Source: an uncultured Burkholderiales bacterium (lineage in GTDB: Bacteria > Pseudomonadota > Gammaproteobacteria > Burkholderiales > JAEUOS01). From it: DNA of 64,000 nt. The stretch spans positions 14,676-78,675 of the forward strand of contig CAYYFR010000006.1 of assembly GCA_964470865.1 (NCBI GenBank). Reading direction: 5' to 3'. Both the position numbers and the translations under genes were made by a program. The notes beneath the pieces were generated by a model, which was given only the letters and a program-made list of their open reading frames with translations, was not told the origin of the DNA and did no database searches. This document shows positions 37,817 through 46,463 of the stretch, in pieces. The stretch's first letter is position 1. Each line of letters opens with the position of its first letter.

Positions 37817-39130
37817 ATGTCTTCTTGCCTGTTGCGCTCCTGTAGTTTGGCGGCTCTTGCCATTGCGCAGGTGCTTGCTTGGGCGCCTGCGCAGGCGCAG
37901 GCAAGCGCCGAACTGGGCGCCATGACTCTGGCGCTGGCGGAGAATCTCCTGGCCCGAAACAATCGCGAAATCGCTCTGGCTCGCCGCGCGCTGGAACAAT
38001 CGCAGGCCGATGTCCTGCGCGCCGCGCAGCGACCCAATCCGCAACTCAGTCTGGCGCTGCAAAACATCAACCCCAATCGTGGCATCGCCGCCGGCAGTTT
38101 GCGCGGCAAGACGGTGGACTCGATTGTGCGCATTGACCAGTTGATCGAGCGCGGCGACAAGCCACAGTTGCGCATCGAAACGGCACAACGCTTTGAAGCT
38201 GCGGCCGGTGAAGATGTGTCGGAGGTGGCGCGGCAACAGCTGCTGGCATTGCGCAGTGCCTATTTTGACCTGCTGGCCGCACAGGAAAAGGCGGCAAGTT
38301 CGGCCGAAGCTGCGCGCCTGTTCGGCAGAACGGTCGACGCCGCGCAACTGCGCTTGAAAGCCGGCGACCTTGCTTCGGCGGATGTGGCGCGCATTCGCGT
38401 TGACGCATTGCGGGCGCAAAATGATGCGCGAGCCGCGGTGGCGGAGCTCGCGCGCGTGCGGGTTGCAATCAGCTACCTGCTTGGCGTCGAGGGCGATGTT
38501 GCCGCGATGCGCGCCATCTCCCCATGGCCCAGGATGCAGGCAGCGAGCCTCAGGCAGGCCACCGAAGAGGAAATCGAGGGCCGCGCCGACGTGCGGGCCG
38601 CGCGCGCGCGCGTCGACGCGGCGGACAAGGCGCGGGCACTGGCGCAATCGCTGCGCACGCGCGACGTTTCGGTGGGTGCGCAATATGAGCATTGGCCGAA
38701 TCAGGGCAACGCCAACAATCAGGGAACCGGCAACAGTTTCGGCGTCGCGCTGTCGATTCCCTTGTTGCTGCGTCACCGTTATGAAGGTGAAATTGCGCGC
38801 GCGCAAGCCGATTGGTACGTGGCGCGCGACGTTCTCGACCAGGTGCGGGCCCAGGCGCGCGCCGAGGTACTGCGCGCTGCAGGCGAGCTGGCGGCGGCGC
38901 GCGAGCGTCTGCTGCGTTTTGAGAGCGAATTGCTGGCTGAAGCGACGCGCACTGCGACCGCCGCGGAGTTTGCTTTCAGGAACGGGGCGATTGGCGTGAT
39001 GGACCTTCTCGATGCGCGACGCGTGCTCAATTCGATTCAAAGCGACGCCGCCAATGCGCGCGCCGACTATGCCAAGGCGCTGACCGCGTTTGATCTCGGG
39101 CGAGGGGTGTTGGCGTATCGCACGGACTGA
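37817..39130 (+). CDS. czcC: Outer-membrane efflux protein, TolC/CzcC family
   Basis: Signal peptide [27 protein letters not shown], two OEP repeats. First gene of a C-B-A heavy-metal RND operon. Start at ATG 37817. Confidence 0.8.
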   Translation: MSSCLLRSCSLAALAIAQVLAWAPAQAQASAELGAMTLALAENLLARNNREIALARRALEQSQADVLRAAQRPNPQLSLALQNINPNRGIAAGSLRGKTVDSIVRIDQLIERGDKPQLRIETAQRFEAAAGEDVSEVARQQLLALRSAYFDLLAAQEKAASSAEAARLFGRTVDAAQLRLKAGDLASADVARIRVDALRAQNDARAAVAELARVRVAISYLLGVEGDVAAMRAISPWPRMQAASLRQATEEEIEGRADVRAARARVDAADKARALAQSLRTRDVSVGAQYEHWPNQGNANNQGTGNSFGVALSIPLLLRHRYEGEIARAQADWYVARDVLDQVRAQARAEVLRAAGELAAARERLLRFESELLAEATRTATAAEFAFRNGAIGVMDLLDARRVLNSIQSDAANARADYAKALTAFDLGRGVLAYRTD

Positions 39131-40374
39131 TGCTGAACGTCATTGTTTTCGCGCAAGCCGGATTGCCGATGCGCATGCACTACAACAAGAACGCTGCGCC
39201 GACAGAAGCGGACAGGGAGAACGAGAAATTGGGCAATTCCGCATTCATTCGGCTGCTGCTGTGCATGGTGCTCGTGTTGGCAGCGTGCGGCGACAAGCCC
39301 GCAGCGCTGCCTGCGGTGGTCAAGCCGCAGATAAGCGGCGCGGTGGTTTCGTTTGCCGCCGAAAGCCCGCAATTGGCGGTGCTCGCATTGGCGCCCGTCG
39401 CGGTGCTGGCCGAGTCCGGGGTCGAACTCACCGCCAGGCTGGTGTGGGACGAAAATCGCACGGTGCGTATCTACGCGCCCTTCGCCGGCCGGGTGCTGCG
39501 CATCACCGCGCAACCCGGAGAGCAAGTCAAGGCTGGCCATGTGTTGGCATACGTGGGTGCGCCGGATTTTGGCCAGGCGCAGGCGGATGCCGGCCGCGCG
39601 GTGGCGGATTTTGCCTTGTCCGAAAAGAATTTGGCTCGAGTCACGGAGTTGCTCGAGAACGGCGTGGCGCCGCGCAAGGACCTGGCCCAGGCAGAGGCCG
39701 AACATGCGCGCGCCAAAGGCGAACTGGCGCGCGCGCAGGGAAGGGTGCGCTTGTACGGGGGCGGTGCCGGCATCGACCAGACCCTGGCATTGAAGAGCCC
39801 GATCGCCGGCATCGTGGTCGAGCGCAACCTCAATCCGGGCCAGGAGGTGCGCCCCGATCAAGGCGGCATGGCGGCGTTGTTCGTGGTCACCGATCCGGCG
39901 CGTCTGTGGGTGCAGATCGATGCGCACGAAAAGGATCTGCCGCTGCTGGCGCCCGGCATGGCGTTCAAGTTCAAGGTCCCGACCTATCCGGGCGAACTGT
40001 TTGACGCCAAACTTGATGTCGTCGCCGATTTCATCGATCCACAGTCGCGGGTGATCCGCGCGCGTGGATCGGCAGCCAATGACGACCGCAGGCTCAAGGG
40101 AGAAATGCTGGTCAACGCGGTTTTCGCGCCCAAGGGCGGGCCGGGGTTGGGCGTACCGGCGCGTGCAGTGATCTTCTCGGAGGGTGCGCACTTCGCCTTC
40201 GTCGAGCGCGCACGCGGCAGTTTCGAGCGGGTCAAGGTGGTGCCTGGTGGTGAGCGCGGCGGCCAGTTGGCGATTCTGTCCGGCCTGACCTCAGGTCAGC
40301 GTGTGGTCAGTGAAGGTGCGCTGCTGCTGCAGCAAGTCATGAAAGCCGGTTCTTCGAAGACCGAGTCGGAATGA
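39130..40374 (+). CDS. czcB: Efflux RND periplasmic adaptor (membrane fusion protein), CzcB-like
   Basis: Lipobox-like LVLAACG, HlyD/biotinyl-lipoyl-like core. ATG overlaps the czcC stop (TGATG). Alternative starts 39169/39175. Confidence 0.8.
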   Translation: MLNVIVFAQAGLPMRMHYNKNAAPTEADRENEKLGNSAFIRLLLCMVLVLAACGDKPAALPAVVKPQISGAVVSFAAESPQLAVLALAPVAVLAESGVELTARLVWDENRTVRIYAPFAGRVLRITAQPGEQVKAGHVLAYVGAPDFGQAQADAGRAVADFALSEKNLARVTELLENGVAPRKDLAQAEAEHARAKGELARAQGRVRLYGGGAGIDQTLALKSPIAGIVVERNLNPGQEVRPDQGGMAALFVVTDPARLWVQIDAHEKDLPLLAPGMAFKFKVPTYPGELFDAKLDVVADFIDPQSRVIRARGSAANDDRRLKGEMLVNAVFAPKGGPGLGVPARAVIFSEGAHFAFVERARGSFERVKVVPGGERGGQLAILSGLTSGQRVVSEGALLLQQVMKAGSSKTESE

Positions 40375-43300
40375 TCAGGCGCATCGTCTCATTCGCGCTG
40401 CATCAGCCGCTGGTGATTCTGTTTGCCACTGCGCTGTTCGTCGCAGGCGGGCTGATCGCTTTCAAGAATCTGCCGGTCGAGGCATTTCCCGATGTCACCG
40501 ATACCCAAGTCACGGTGATCACGCTGTTCCCGGGACGGGCCGCAGAAGAGGTTGAAAAGCAGGTGACCATTCCGCTGGAAGTAGCCCTGTCGGGTTTGCC
40601 CAATGCGGTGCGCATGTTTTCGCATACGCAGTTCGGCCTGTCCTTCCTGATCCTGACCTTCGACGACGATGCCAATGTCAACCTGGCGCGCCAGCAGGCG
40701 GGCGAGCGTTTGCGCAGTGTGCAGTTGCCTCCCGGCGTTGAACCGGATATCGCACCGCTGTCCACCGCCATTGGTGAAATCTACCGCTATCGGATGAAGT
40801 CCGACACGCAGGATTCCCGGACCCTGCGCACCCTGCAGGACTGGGTGGTCGAGCGCACGCTGCGCCGGGTACCCGGGGTGGCCGACGTCGTGCCGATGGG
40901 TGGCCTGATCAAGCAGTACGAAGTGCAGCCGGACTTGGCGCGCCTGCGCGCCTACAAGCTGTCGATCCAGCAGGTATATGGTGCGCTCGAACGCGGCAAC
41001 AGCAACGCCGGTGGCGGCTATGTCGAGCAGGGTGGTCAGCAGTACACCATTCGCGGCATCGGCCTTTTGCGCGATGCCGCCGATATTGAAAACATCGTTC
41101 TGGGCGAACGCAGCGGCACGCCGGTACTGATTCGCGATGTCGCTCGCGTGGTGGTCGGCAATGTGCCGCGCCAGGGCATCGTCGGCCAGGACCTTGACGA
41201 TGATGTGGTCACCGGCGTAGTGCTGATGCGCAAGGGTGAAAACCCGTCGAAAGTGCTGAAGGAGGTCAAGCAAAAGGTTGATGAGCTCAATCGCGGCGGA
41301 CTGCCCAAAGGGGTGGCGATCGTGCCTTTCTACGATCGTTCCTGGTTGATCGGCAAGACGCTCAACACGGTATTTCGGAACCTGGTCGAGGGCGCCGCGC
41401 TGGTGGCTATCGTGCTGTACCTTTTTCTGGCTAATTTTCGCGCCACCGCGATCGTCACGCTGATCATTCCGCTGTCGCTGCTTTCGACTTTCATAGGCCT
41501 TACCTTCGTAGGCATTCCGGCCAACTTGCTGTCGCTGGGGGCCATGGATTTCGGCATCATCGTCGATGGTGCGGTGATCGTGGTCGAGAACGTGTTTCGC
41601 CGCTTATCGATGCAGGAAGAGTTTCACGATGACACTGTCGACAAGCGGGAAGACCGCTTTCGCCTGCATACCATCATCGAGGCGGCCGTCGAAGTGGGGC
41701 GGCCAACCCTGTTCGCGATGATCATCATCATCGCCGCGCACATCCCGATCTTCACCCTGCAACGGCACGAGGGGCGGATTTTCGCGCCGATGGCCTACTC
41801 GGTCACCTTCGCGCTGGTCGGGTCCCTGATACTCTCGCTGACCCTGGTGCCGCTCCTGTGCTACAAGTGGCTGTCGAAAAACCTGCCGCATCATGACCCT
41901 GCGATCGTGCGCTTTTCCAAGGCGGCGTACGCGCCGGTGCTCAAGTGGAGTCTCGCCAACCCGGTCAAGGTGATCGGATTTGCGCTGGTGGCGCTGGGCT
42001 TGAGTTTTGCCGCCTTGCCACGCCTGGGCACCGAGTTCCTGCCGGAACTCAACGAAGGGTCGCTGTGGCTCAACGTGAAGCTGCCATCGTCGGTTTCGGT
42101 CAGCGAGGCGCAGGCGCAGAACGGGCAGATTCGCCGCATCCTGCTGAAAACGCCGGAAGTCAATACCGTGATTTCCAAGGCCGGTCGCCCGGAAGATGGC
42201 ACTGACCCCAAACTGATCAACATGGCCGAATTCCTGGTGGATCTGAAACCGGAGTCGGAATGGAAGCGCGCGGTCAGCAAGCGGCAGGTGATGGATGAAA
42301 TGGAAAAGGCGCTGCAGGCACTGCCTGCGATCAAGCCTTCCTTCTCGCAGCCGATTCGCGACAACATTCTCGAAAGCATTTCGCAGATCGACGGCCAGAT
42401 CGTGATCAAGGTGTTCGGTGACGATATTCCGACGTTGCGCCGGGTGGCCGAGAGCGTGCTGGCCGAAGTCGCCGATGTGCAGGGTGTGGCGCGCGCGCTG
42501 ATCGATCGCGTCGGCGAGTTGCCCAACTATCTGGTGGAGATCGATCGCGCCCGTGCGGCCAGGTACGGTCTGAACGTCGCCGATATCCAGGATGTGATCG
42601 AAGTCGGTCTGGGCGGGCGGGCGGCGACCTACCTGTGGGAAGGCGAGCGCAAGTTCGGCGTTGCCGTGCGTGTCGCGCGCGAGGAGCGCGGGCTGGAGCG
42701 CATGAAGAGCGTCATGCTGGCGACCTCGTCCGGCGCCTATGTCCCGTTGTCGGAAGTGGCGGCGTTCAAGGCCGCCGGTGGCAGCATGAACATCGCGCGC
42801 GAGAATGGCGGACGCGTCATGGCGATCGGTATCTTCATTCGCGATCGCGACATGGGAAGTGTGGTGGCAGACATGCAGGCGCGCGTCAGGGACAAGGTCA
42901 CACTGCCCGAGGGCTACCGGATTTCCTGGTCAGGCGAGTTCGAGAACCAGGAGCGTGCGATGGCGCGCCTGGCGCTGGTGGTGCCGATTTCGGTGCTGCT
43001 GATTTTTGTGCTGTTGTTCTATGCCTTCAATTCAATCAAGAGCGCGTTGCTGATCATCCTGAACGTTCCGTTCGCCCTGATCGGCGGCATTTTTGCGCTT
43101 TTGCTGACCGATATCCATTTGAGCGTATCGGCCGCGATCGGGTTTATCGCGCTGTTTGGACAGGCGGTGTTGAACGGTGTTGTGATGGTGACGGTGTTCA
43201 ATCAACTGCACAGCGCCGGCATGACCCCCCTCAATGCTGTCGTGGAGGGCTCGAAGCAGCGTCTGCGCACGGTGCTGATGACCGGGCTCCTGGCCATGCT

Positions 43301-43511
43301 GGGACTGTTGCCGATGGCCTTGTCGACCGACATCGGTTCCGAGACCCAGAAGCCGCTCGCGGTGGTGGTGATCGGCGGGCTGATATCGGCCACGCTCCTG
43401 ACACTGATCGTGCTGCCAGTGCTTTACGTGGCTTTCAACCGCGATTGGGCCCGCTTTGCGCGGCGCGGGTCGATGCTGGCGCAGCGGGTGATCCGTCCGC
43501 GCAGGCGCTAG
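40371..43511 (+). CDS. czcA: Heavy-metal efflux RND permease, CzcA/CusA family
   Basis: 1046 aa, 12-TM RND architecture. TM4 motif DFGIIVDGAVIVVEN, characteristic of HME-RND (divalent-cation type). ATGA overlap with czcB. Confidence 0.9.
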   Translation: MIRRIVSFALHQPLVILFATALFVAGGLIAFKNLPVEAFPDVTDTQVTVITLFPGRAAEEVEKQVTIPLEVALSGLPNAVRMFSHTQFGLSFLILTFDDDANVNLARQQAGERLRSVQLPPGVEPDIAPLSTAIGEIYRYRMKSDTQDSRTLRTLQDWVVERTLRRVPGVADVVPMGGLIKQYEVQPDLARLRAYKLSIQQVYGALERGNSNAGGGYVEQGGQQYTIRGIGLLRDAADIENIVLGERSGTPVLIRDVARVVVGNVPRQGIVGQDLDDDVVTGVVLMRKGENPSKVLKEVKQKVDELNRGGLPKGVAIVPFYDRSWLIGKTLNTVFRNLVEGAALVAIVLYLFLANFRATAIVTLIIPLSLLSTFIGLTFVGIPANLLSLGAMDFGIIVDGAVIVVENVFRRLSMQEEFHDDTVDKREDRFRLHTIIEAAVEVGRPTLFAMIIIIAAHIPIFTLQRHEGRIFAPMAYSVTFALVGSLILSLTLVPLLCYKWLSKNLPHHDPAIVRFSKAAYAPVLKWSLANPVKVIGFALVALGLSFAALPRLGTEFLPELNEGSLWLNVKLPSSVSVSEAQAQNGQIRRILLKTPEVNTVISKAGRPEDGTDPKLINMAEFLVDLKPESEWKRAVSKRQVMDEMEKALQALPAIKPSFSQPIRDNILESISQIDGQIVIKVFGDDIPTLRRVAESVLAEVADVQGVARALIDRVGELPNYLVEIDRARAARYGLNVADIQDVIEVGLGGRAATYLWEGERKFGVAVRVAREERGLERMKSVMLATSSGAYVPLSEVAAFKAAGGSMNIARENGGRVMAIGIFIRDRDMGSVVADMQARVRDKVTLPEGYRISWSGEFENQERAMARLALVVPISVLLIFVLLFYAFNSIKSALLIILNVPFALIGGIFALLLTDIHLSVSAAIGFIALFGQAVLNGVVMVTVFNQLHSAGMTPLNAVVEGSKQRLRTVLMTGLLAMLGLLPMALSTDIGSETQKPLAVVVIGGLISATLLTLIVLPVLYVAFNRDWARFARRGSMLAQRVIRPRRR

Positions 43512-43573
43512 CGGGCCACAAGTTGGCGTTTGGCGTCGACCGCAGGGCTAGGTGTTTGCAGGCGGTTCAAAGC

Positions 43574-43602
43574 TTGTGCTGGGCGAGGAAATAACATATA
43601 CT
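43574..43602 (+). promoter_or_regulatory. Candidate sigma-70 promoter of rpsU
   Basis: TTGTGC (43574-43579), 17-nt spacer, TATACT (43597-43602), about 35 nt upstream of the rpsU ATG. Confidence 0.35.
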
Positions 43603-43636
43603 AATTGGCTGTCCGCTGTTGGAGTGTTGGGAAAAT

Positions 43637-43849
43637 ATGCCTACCGTTCGCCTCAAGGAAAACGAGCCTTTCGAAGTTGCGATGCGGCGTTTCAAGCGCA
43701 CGATCGAGAAAACCGGTCTGCTGACCGAATTGCGTGCGCGCGAGTTCTACGAAAAGCCGACCTCGGAGCGCAAGCGCAAGCATGCGGCTGCCGTCAAGCG
43801 CACCTACAAGCGCCTGAAGAGCCAGCAACTGCCGCCAAAGTTGTACTGA
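43637..43849 (+). CDS. rpsU: 30S ribosomal protein S21
   Basis: [48 protein letters not shown] is canonical S21. Confidence 0.95.
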   Translation: MPTVRLKENEPFEVAMRRFKRTIEKTGLLTELRAREFYEKPTSERKRKHAAAVKRTYKRLKSQQLPPKLY

Positions 43850-43873
43850 TCACCCGATTGGCAGTCCCGGAAG

Positions 43874-43904
43874 GCCGCGGGCGTGTCCTACCCCGCGGCT
43901 TTTT
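43874..43904 (+). terminator. Rho-independent terminator after rpsU
   Basis: Stem GCCGCGGG / CCCGCGGC with a 10-nt loop, followed by TTTTT (43900-43904). Confidence 0.6.
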
Positions 43905-43971
43905 GTCGTTCAGGCCCGGGCGCTGAAGCGGCATGGGCGCCGGATACTTACCGAAATATAAGGAGTTGCGC

Positions 43972-44418
43972 ATGTTGCTCAAGGAGCGAATCACTGAAGA
44001 CATGAAGGCGGCGATGCGCGCCCGCGACAGCCAGCGCTTGTCCGCCATCCGCATGCTGCTGGCCGCCTGCAAGCAAGTTGAGGTCGACCGCCGCATCGAA
44101 CTGGCCGACGCCGACGTCATTGCGATTGTCGAAAAGGAGCTCAAGAAGCGGCGTGACTCCGCGACCCAGTATCGGGCGGCAAAGCGCGACGACCTGGCCG
44201 ATGCTGAACAATTCGAGGTAGGCGTGCTGTCGGCCTACCTGCCGCAGCAGGCTTCGCCGGACGAGATCGAAGCGGTGCTGGTGCAAGCGGTGGCCGAGGT
44301 TGGCACGGGCGGGCCTGCGGCGATGGGCAAGGTGATGGCGCTTCTCAAGTCAAAACTGGCCGGGCGCGCGGACATGGCGCAGTTGTCAGCGGCGGTCAAG
44401 GCCCGGCTATCAGCCTGA
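43972..44418 (+). CDS. yqeY: GatB/YqeY domain-containing protein
   Basis: MLLKERITEDMKAAMRARD..RLSAIRMLLAA.K..EVD is the typical YqeY N-terminus. AAGGAG RBS. Follows rpsU. Confidence 0.85.
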   Translation: MLLKERITEDMKAAMRARDSQRLSAIRMLLAACKQVEVDRRIELADADVIAIVEKELKKRRDSATQYRAAKRDDLADAEQFEVGVLSAYLPQQASPDEIEAVLVQAVAEVGTGGPAAMGKVMALLKSKLAGRADMAQLSAAVKARLSA

Positions 44419-44517
44419 AGCTGTAACCTGTAGCTGCAGCCTGACGCTGCAACCCGACGCTGCAACCCGATGCTGCAGCCTGACGCTGCAACCCGACGCT
44501 GCAACCCGACGCGGAGG
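44414..44517. repeat. 13-bp tandem repeat array (8 units, consensus CCYGAYGCTGCAR)
   Basis: CCTGAAGCTGTAA CCTGTAGCTGCAG CCTGACGCTGCAA CCCGACGCTGCAA CCCGATGCTGCAG CCTGACGCTGCAA CCCGACGCTGCAA CCCGACGCGGAGG. The first unit overlaps the yqeY stop codon. A 39-bp higher-order unit is visible. Confidence 0.9.
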
Positions 44518-44541
44518 GCTGCAGCAAGACACAAATGGATG

Positions 44542-45009
44542 CTACTGCGGCGGGCCGGCTTTCTCGATACCGCTGATTTTTGTTCCGGGTTTCAGGTTTT
44601 TCGCCTTGAACCAGCCGAGATTCATTTCCAGCGCGTAGCGCGCCGGTTTGGCGCTGCAGTGACTGTCCTCGGTTTGCGGCTTCATGTCCTCGACATTGAG
44701 GATGACCCCTGCGTCATCGAGAAACGCCACCGAGAGCGGCAAAAGTGTGTTTTTCATCCACATGCACTGGCGATCGCGTTCCGGGAATACGAACAGCATG
44801 CCGTCATTGGGCCCCATTTTTTCGCGCAACATCAGGCCCTGCATGCGCGTGCCGTAGTTCGCGGCGACCTCCGCCTTGATCAGATACAGGCCGATCTGCA
44901 ACTGTATGGTGGACAGTGGTGGCTGCCCCTGGGCGCGCGCGCCTGGCGCACCGAGCACGCCTGCCAGCAGAATCAGAAGTGCAGCACCGCGCATCAGGGT
45001 ATGGGCCAT
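44542..45009 (-). CDS. DUF192 domain-containing secreted protein
   Basis: Signal peptide, then GLMLREKMGPNDGMLFVFP....MWMKNTLLPLSVAFLDDAGVI, matching my recollection of DUF192. Confidence 0.75.
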   Translation of the reverse strand: MAHTLMRGAALLILLAGVLGAPGARAQGQPPLSTIQLQIGLYLIKAEVAANYGTRMQGLMLREKMGPNDGMLFVFPERDRQCMWMKNTLLPLSVAFLDDAGVILNVEDMKPQTEDSHCSAKPARYALEMNLGWFKAKNLKPGTKISGIEKAGPPQ

Positions 45010-45074
45010 GGTGTCAACCGTTACGCAAGGTTCCGAAAGAAGCCGGATTCTAGCCGTGTCGCCCGAGGCAAGCT

Positions 45075-45105
45075 AAAAAAAACCGGGCCGAAAGCCCGGT
45101 TTTTT
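45075..45105. terminator. Bidirectional rho-independent terminator
   Basis: A-run, stem ACCGGGC / GCCCGGT with loop CGAAA, T-run (AAAAAAAACCGGGCCGAAAGCCCGGTTTTTT). Lies just downstream of the 66-aa ORF on the minus strand. Confidence 0.65.
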
Positions 45106-45129
45106 CAATCGCGGGGTCTTGCTCCGCGA

Positions 45130-45330
45130 TTACTTCTTGGCTTCAGGCTTGGCTTTTTTCTCTTTCTTGGCTTTTTTCTCTTTTTTCTCTTTCTTCATCG
45201 GCGCGTCTTTTTTCATCTCGGCCTTGGGCGCATCGGCTTTCGGTGCGTCGGCTTTTTTGTCTTGCGCAAAGCCGGTCGACGAAACGGTGGCGATGACACC
45301 GGCGAGCAGTACGGACAGAAGTTTGTTCAT
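45130..45330 (-). CDS. Small secreted lysine-rich protein (66 aa), unknown family
   Basis: Signal peptide MNKLLSVLLAGVIATVSSTGFA, then QDKKADAPKADAPKAEMKKDAPMKKEKKEKKAKKEKKAKPEAKK. AAGGA RBS. Own terminator downstream. Confidence 0.6.
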   Translation of the reverse strand: MNKLLSVLLAGVIATVSSTGFAQDKKADAPKADAPKAEMKKDAPMKKEKKEKKAKKEKKAKPEAKK

Positions 45331-45471
45331 TTTGGATTCCTTGTCATGAAGGTTCGAACATTTTGCAGGATTGACCTCCTCGGTCAGTGCAAATAACGCC
45401 GCCTTGACTGGCCGGTTGACAGCTTGAAAGTCGATTTCGCCAAATCAGCGGGTTTTCCGATCATTTTCGCC

Positions 45472-45499
45472 ACAAAAGAAAAAGGCCGGTTTCCCGGCC
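45472..45499 (-). terminator. Rho-independent terminator of the 53-aa ORF
   Basis: Minus strand reads AAAGGCCGG-GAAA-CCGGCCTTTTCTTTTG. GC stem 45484-45489/45494-45499 plus T-run. Confidence 0.55.
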
Positions 45500-45506
45500 T
45501 TTGGGA

Positions 45507-45533
45507 CCTGCAGGCACCTGCAGGCACCTGCAG
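45507..45533. repeat. 10-bp tandem repeat CCTGCAGGCA x2.7
   Basis: CCTGCAGGCA CCTGCAGGCA CCTGCAG, between the stop of the 53-aa ORF and its terminator. Confidence 0.85.
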
Positions 45534-45546
45534 TGCTACGTGCGGT

Positions 45547-45708
45547 TTACTTCTTGCCCGCCTTGCTCTTGCCCTTCTTGCCTTTGGCCTCAAACTTGAT
45601 GTGGCCGACAGCATTCATTTCGGCCAGTGCGGTCGGCACCTGAGCCGCGCTCGGGCCAGCACCAACGACAAAGGCTGCAACGATAATTGCAATCAAAAGC
45701 TTTTGCAT
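45547..45708 (-). CDS. Small secreted protein with lysine-rich tail (53 aa), unknown family
   Basis: Hand-translated, not in track: MQKLLIAIIVAAFVVGAGPSAAQVPTALAEMNAVGHIKFEAKGKKGKSKAGKK. Strong RBS GGGAGGGAG 6 nt upstream of the ATG. Terminator downstream. Confidence 0.5.
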   Translation of the reverse strand: MQKLLIAIIVAAFVVGAGPSAAQVPTALAEMNAVGHIKFEAKGKKGKSKAGKK

Positions 45709-45745
45709 GAGTTACTCCCTCCCGGAATTGTGTGGCGATTACTGA

Positions 45746-46366
45746 CTACTCTTGCCTGGCGGCAAACCTTGAACGCAGCGACTGGTTCATGAGTTGACGC
45801 GAGTCACGGCGAAGTACAGCCGCGTCGAACTCACAGGATTGTCCCGGCACCAAAACTCCGAGCTGGAATGGCCCGATCGAATGACGGATCAGGCGCAGTG
45901 TCGGCCATCCGCATTTGGCCGTCATGCGCCTTATTTGCCGATTCTTGCCCTCGGTAATGCGTATATCGAGCCAAGTCGTGGGAATCGCCTTGCGCATGCG
46001 GATTGGTGGGCAGCGCGGCCAAAGCCCGGCCGGCTCGTCAATCACGCAGGCCTTGCAGGCTCGGGTGACAAAATCGCCCAAGTCAACCCCTACAATCAAG
46101 CGCCGTAGCGCCGCCGCGTCGGGCGTACCTTCGACTTGCGCCCAATAGCCTTTCTCCAGCTCGCGACGCGGATCGGTAATACTGTGTTGCAGCGCGCCAT
46201 CCGCAGTCAGGAGCAGCAGGCCTTCGCTGTCGGTGTCGAGCCGCCCGGCTGCATACACATGGGGAACCCTGATGCAGTCGGCCAGCGTCGGGTGGTCCCG
46301 GTGAGGCGAGAACTGGCAGACCACGCCAAACGGTTTGTTGAGCCCGATCAGGCGGGGGTTCATCAA
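45746..46366 (-). CDS. rluE: Pseudouridine synthase, RsuA/RluE family
   Basis: Catalytic GRLDTDSEGLLLLT motif and KNRQIRRM. No S4 domain and size about 200 aa, as in RluE. Confidence 0.8.
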   Translation of the reverse strand: MMNPRLIGLNKPFGVVCQFSPHRDHPTLADCIRVPHVYAAGRLDTDSEGLLLLTADGALQHSITDPRRELEKGYWAQVEGTPDAAALRRLIVGVDLGDFVTRACKACVIDEPAGLWPRCPPIRMRKAIPTTWLDIRITEGKNRQIRRMTAKCGWPTLRLIRHSIGPFQLGVLVPGQSCEFDAAVLRRDSRQLMNQSLRSRFAARQE

Positions 46367-46463
46367 TGCATCTGCTCCACCGGGTTTCGGGCCAGGCTTT
46401 GCCCGCCCGTCTGACGCGCGCGAAGCCCCCGCATTGTCGCGGCTGAGGGCAGCCGTGCGCCGC

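Noticed and set aside
37587-37904. N-terminal extensions of tsaD (ORF to 37904) and of czcC (ORF from 37559)
   Set aside because: Both run through the 24-bp tandem repeat, which stays open only because 24 is a multiple of 3. Canonical TsaD ([12 protein letters not shown]) and CzcC signal-peptide starts lie at 37586 and 37817.
44414-44517. CRISPR array?
   Set aside because: The units are contiguous 13-mers with no spacers, far shorter than CRISPR repeats, and no cas genes are nearby. This is a simple tandem repeat.
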